Shown here piece after piece: positions 62,072-64,000 of a stretch of DNA of 64,000 bases (within the stretch, counting starts at the first letter, position 1; each line of letters begins with the position of its first letter). The position numbers were made by a program, and so were the translations under genes. The stretch is from an uncultured Methanomicrobiales archaeon (lineage in GTDB: Archaea > Halobacteriota > Methanomicrobia > Methanomicrobiales > Methanospirillaceae). The notes under the pieces are model-generated. The model ran no database searches and was not told the DNA's origin. It was given only the letters and a program-made list of their open reading frames with translations. Where the stretch lies: NCBI GenBank assembly GCA_963697895.1, contig OY969100.1:1984001-2048000 (forward strand), in the 5' to 3' direction.

Positions 62072-62956
62072 ATGGAACTAAACGGTGTACCGATTGATGA
62101 TACCTACGCTGAAGCATTTCCGATATGGATTTCGAGGGTCATTATCACTGCAGTAACAGAAGAATGGGCCTACAGGGCCGCAACTGAAGCGACAGGATTT
62201 GCGACATCTGCGATCGGCTGTCCGTGCGAGGCAGGAATTGAGAGTATGCTCAGCCCGGATGAGACCCCAGATGGAAGGCCCGGGGTATCAATCCTCATAT
62301 GCACGGCCAAGAAGAAAATGAAGGAACAGCTCATAGAAAGAATTGGAGAGTGTATTTTTACCGCTGCCACAACGGCGGTATTTGACGGTCTTCCGGAAGC
62401 AGAAGAAAAAATACCTGTGAAATTACACTTCTTCGGGGATGGATATGAATACAAGAAGGAACTGGGGGGACGACAAGTCTGGGCGGTGCCTATCATGTCC
62501 GGAGAATACATCGGTGAGGAAGAGTTCGGGATTATGAAGGGTGTTGCAGGGGGCAACTTCTTTGTGATGGGGGAGAATCAAATGGCTGCACTAATGGGTG
62601 CCCAGGCAGCGGTCGATGCAATAGGTTCTGTTTGTGGAGTAATAACGAGTTTCCCCGGAGGCATCGTAGCCAGCGGCTCGAAGGTGGGTTCGAACAAATA
62701 TAAATTCATTCCTGCGAGCACAAATGAAAAATACTGCCCAACCCTTCGTGATAAGGTCCCGGACAGCAAGGTGCCGAAAGGGGTGAATGCGATGTTCGAG
62801 ATAGTTATCGATGGTCTGGATGAGAGCTGCGTATCAGAGGCGATGGCAGAGGGAATCAGGGCGGCAGTCATGGTACCGGGAGTCAAATACATCAGTGCAG
62901 GAAATTTTGGAGGCACTCTCGGGCCATTTAAATTCGAACTGCATAAAATCCTTTAA
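62072..62956 (+). CDS. ftr: Formylmethanofuran:H4MPT formyltransferase
   Basis: IDDTYAEAF, TGFATS..CEAGI, TPDGRPG, SGSKVGS, SAGNFGG. Confidence 0.96.
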   Translation: MELNGVPIDDTYAEAFPIWISRVIITAVTEEWAYRAATEATGFATSAIGCPCEAGIESMLSPDETPDGRPGVSILICTAKKKMKEQLIERIGECIFTAATTAVFDGLPEAEEKIPVKLHFFGDGYEYKKELGGRQVWAVPIMSGEYIGEEEFGIMKGVAGGNFFVMGENQMAALMGAQAAVDAIGSVCGVITSFPGGIVASGSKVGSNKYKFIPASTNEKYCPTLRDKVPDSKVPKGVNAMFEIVIDGLDESCVSEAMAEGIRAAVMVPGVKYISAGNFGGTLGPFKFELHKIL

Positions 62957-63100
62957 TTTTATTTCTGCACCATTTCGATTTCTTTAAATATCTCATTACC
63001 GATTATTCTGTTAACGATAATTTCGGCGACAAAATTTTCCCTTCAGGGGGCATTCGAATTATCAGATCGGAGTATCGGGTAAACGGAAAGGCGGCGATAT

Positions 63101-63994
63101 ATGGCGAATATCCCTGATCCCTATCTCATTCGCTATCCGCAGATTGTGGCAGTTGCTGATGAGGCAGATGCCCGGATTGAGCTCATCGAATTTTTCGAAT
63201 GTACCGGCGGGGCGATGTGGTCAAAGTACCACTACATTCAGAGTCCACTGGTCGAGTCGGTGCGGCATGTCGGGGGGACCATCCGGTATATGCTGAAAAC
63301 GGGAGCGGTAGATCTCGCACTGGAGGGATCCCGATTCCCTGCAGGGATATCGGGGGCCTCTGTCAGCAACGACGAGATCATCATCAGCTATATCGGCATC
63401 GGCGGGGGTGGCGTCGGTGCTGCGGGATGCAGGGCAAATGCGGGGGGTGTGCTCCGGTGCGAAAGCGACCCTTCAGGGGGAGGACGACAGGCTGGTGCAA
63501 CGATCTGGCTTCCAAGGCAGACACGGGTCCTGATCGGGATCGATGACACGGATACCCCTGAACAGGGAGCTACCTGGACGCTGGTGCATAATATCGCGAA
63601 GGCAGTGGAAGATTGTGCGACCCGTTATCTCTCGCACACTATTGTACAGCTCTATCCCGTGCCGTACCGGACCAAGAACTGCGTCAGTCTGGTATGTGAA
63701 TTCGCTTCATCCGACCCCCTGACGCTTATAGAACGGTTTCGACAGCTCCTGGAACGGTATACCCTGTCAGACGAGACGGGTATGGCGGTGTTCAGCGGTT
63801 TCGATCCGTCTTTTCTGTATCCATTTGGAAGGAAAGTGAAATGTGGAGAAATCTCCCGGGATCTCCTGATGGAGATACGGGACCCGAGACTCCGCATCAT
63901 GATGAATGGCCGCGGTATTATCGGGGCGGTCGCGGCAATACCGTTCTATACCCGGTATGAGGAGGCGCTTGCACTGTGCGATGGGTCGAGCTGA
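63101..63994 (+). CDS. mmp11: Methanogenesis marker protein 11
   Basis: GGAMW..HY..SPL, YIGIGGGGVGA, IGIDDTDT..GATW, HTIVQLYP, GIIGAVAAIPF. Confidence 0.8.
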   Translation: MANIPDPYLIRYPQIVAVADEADARIELIEFFECTGGAMWSKYHYIQSPLVESVRHVGGTIRYMLKTGAVDLALEGSRFPAGISGASVSNDEIIISYIGIGGGGVGAAGCRANAGGVLRCESDPSGGGRQAGATIWLPRQTRVLIGIDDTDTPEQGATWTLVHNIAKAVEDCATRYLSHTIVQLYPVPYRTKNCVSLVCEFASSDPLTLIERFRQLLERYTLSDETGMAVFSGFDPSFLYPFGRKVKCGEISRDLLMEIRDPRLRIMMNGRGIIGAVAAIPFYTRYEEALALCDGSS

Positions 63995-64000
63995 AAGCGG

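Noticed and set aside
1-64000. CRISPR array, rRNA/tRNA genes, Sec/Pyl recoding
   Set aside because: No regularly spaced repeats or RNA-gene signatures seen; FwdB, HdrA and MvhD use Cys with uninterrupted frames

Overview
Archaeal chromosomal segment from a hydrogenotrophic methanogen, almost certainly Methanomicrobiales, judging by the mtrA plus mtrA-G fusion layout and the fwdGF-hdrCBA-mvhD-fwdDBAC cluster without mvhAG. It carries most of the CO2-to-CH4 pathway (mer, mtd, mtrEDCBAF-AG-H, mcrBDCGA, fwd/hdr/mvhD, ftr, mmp11) and the S10/spc ribosomal superoperon (rpl3 to secY-adk-DUF106-cmk). An accessory block at 20.7-27.4 kb holds a GNAT, DUF2156, a SpeD-like protein, a minimal RNase III, MarC, F390 synthetase and a double rubredoxin. 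The most interesting part is a ~12.6 kb island between mtrE and mcrA. It encodes a ferritin-VIT1 transporter, an intact IS1595 with an 8-bp TSD, a divergent larC operonic with a frameshifted ~613-aa unknown protein, a DUF134 regulator, a Cys-rich DUF5320-like mini-ORF leading into atwA (MCR component A2), two NifX-family proteins, two Fe-S MinD-type ATPases, a decayed second DUF134 and an MBL hydrolase. Three promoters in the island share a 17-bp palindromic box, which suggests a metal-cofactor / MCR-activation regulon. A ~550-nt hairpin-dense non-coding leader precedes rpl3. All assignments come from motif recognition by eye; no searches were run.
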